Assembly: GCF_030144855.1 (NCBI RefSeq) | Contig: NC_082732.1 | Coordinates: forward strand, 30,690,001-30,754,000 | Direction: 5' to 3' | Source: Hypanus sabinus | Lineage: Eukaryota | Length of the DNA stretch: 64,000 nt | Part shown: positions 63,901 through 64,000 of the stretch, piece by piece | How positions within the stretch are numbered: the first letter of the stretch is position 1 | Layout: every line of letters starts with the position of its first letter | Program-made: the position numbers and the translations under genes | The notes under the pieces: generated by a model | What the model saw: only the letters and a program-made list of their open reading frames with translations | What the model was told of the DNA's origin: nothing | The model's database searches: none

Positions 63901-64000
63901 TTTTTTTTTGTGGCTGCATATCAAATATGGTTTGATTATGCAGCTTTTGGGCTCATAGTTTTTCCCTAACAAGAGTTTCCTGGGTTTACAATTCTAGCAG

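Overview
Non-coding, transposon-dense vertebrate DNA. The repeat set (CR1, Rex1/Babar, L2, Penelope-like elements, V-SINEs, DeuSINEs, Tc1) points to a cartilaginous fish, probably a ray or skate; this is inferred from recognised families, not from a database search. No intact host gene, RNA gene or CRISPR array is supported, and the ORF-track entries are TE fragments or chance ORFs. There are two main signals. (1) A decayed class I-like endogenous retrovirus lies on the minus strand at 1-~2390, with a 5' LTR, tRNA-Pro-type PBS, splice donor and a disrupted gag (MGNS start, capsid/MHR-like segment, zinc knuckle). (2) About a dozen Penelope-like termini share a minimal hammerhead ribozyme motif (consensus AGTC-CTGATGA-AGGGTCTCGGCCC-GAAA-CGTC-GACT). 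Several form short fold-back units, and one has 50-bp arms and a 10-bp flanking duplication. Also present are an inverted duplication inside a CR1, a deleted Tc1, degenerate minisatellites, weak candidate exons and a 143-N assembly gap. Element boundaries were read by eye and are approximate.
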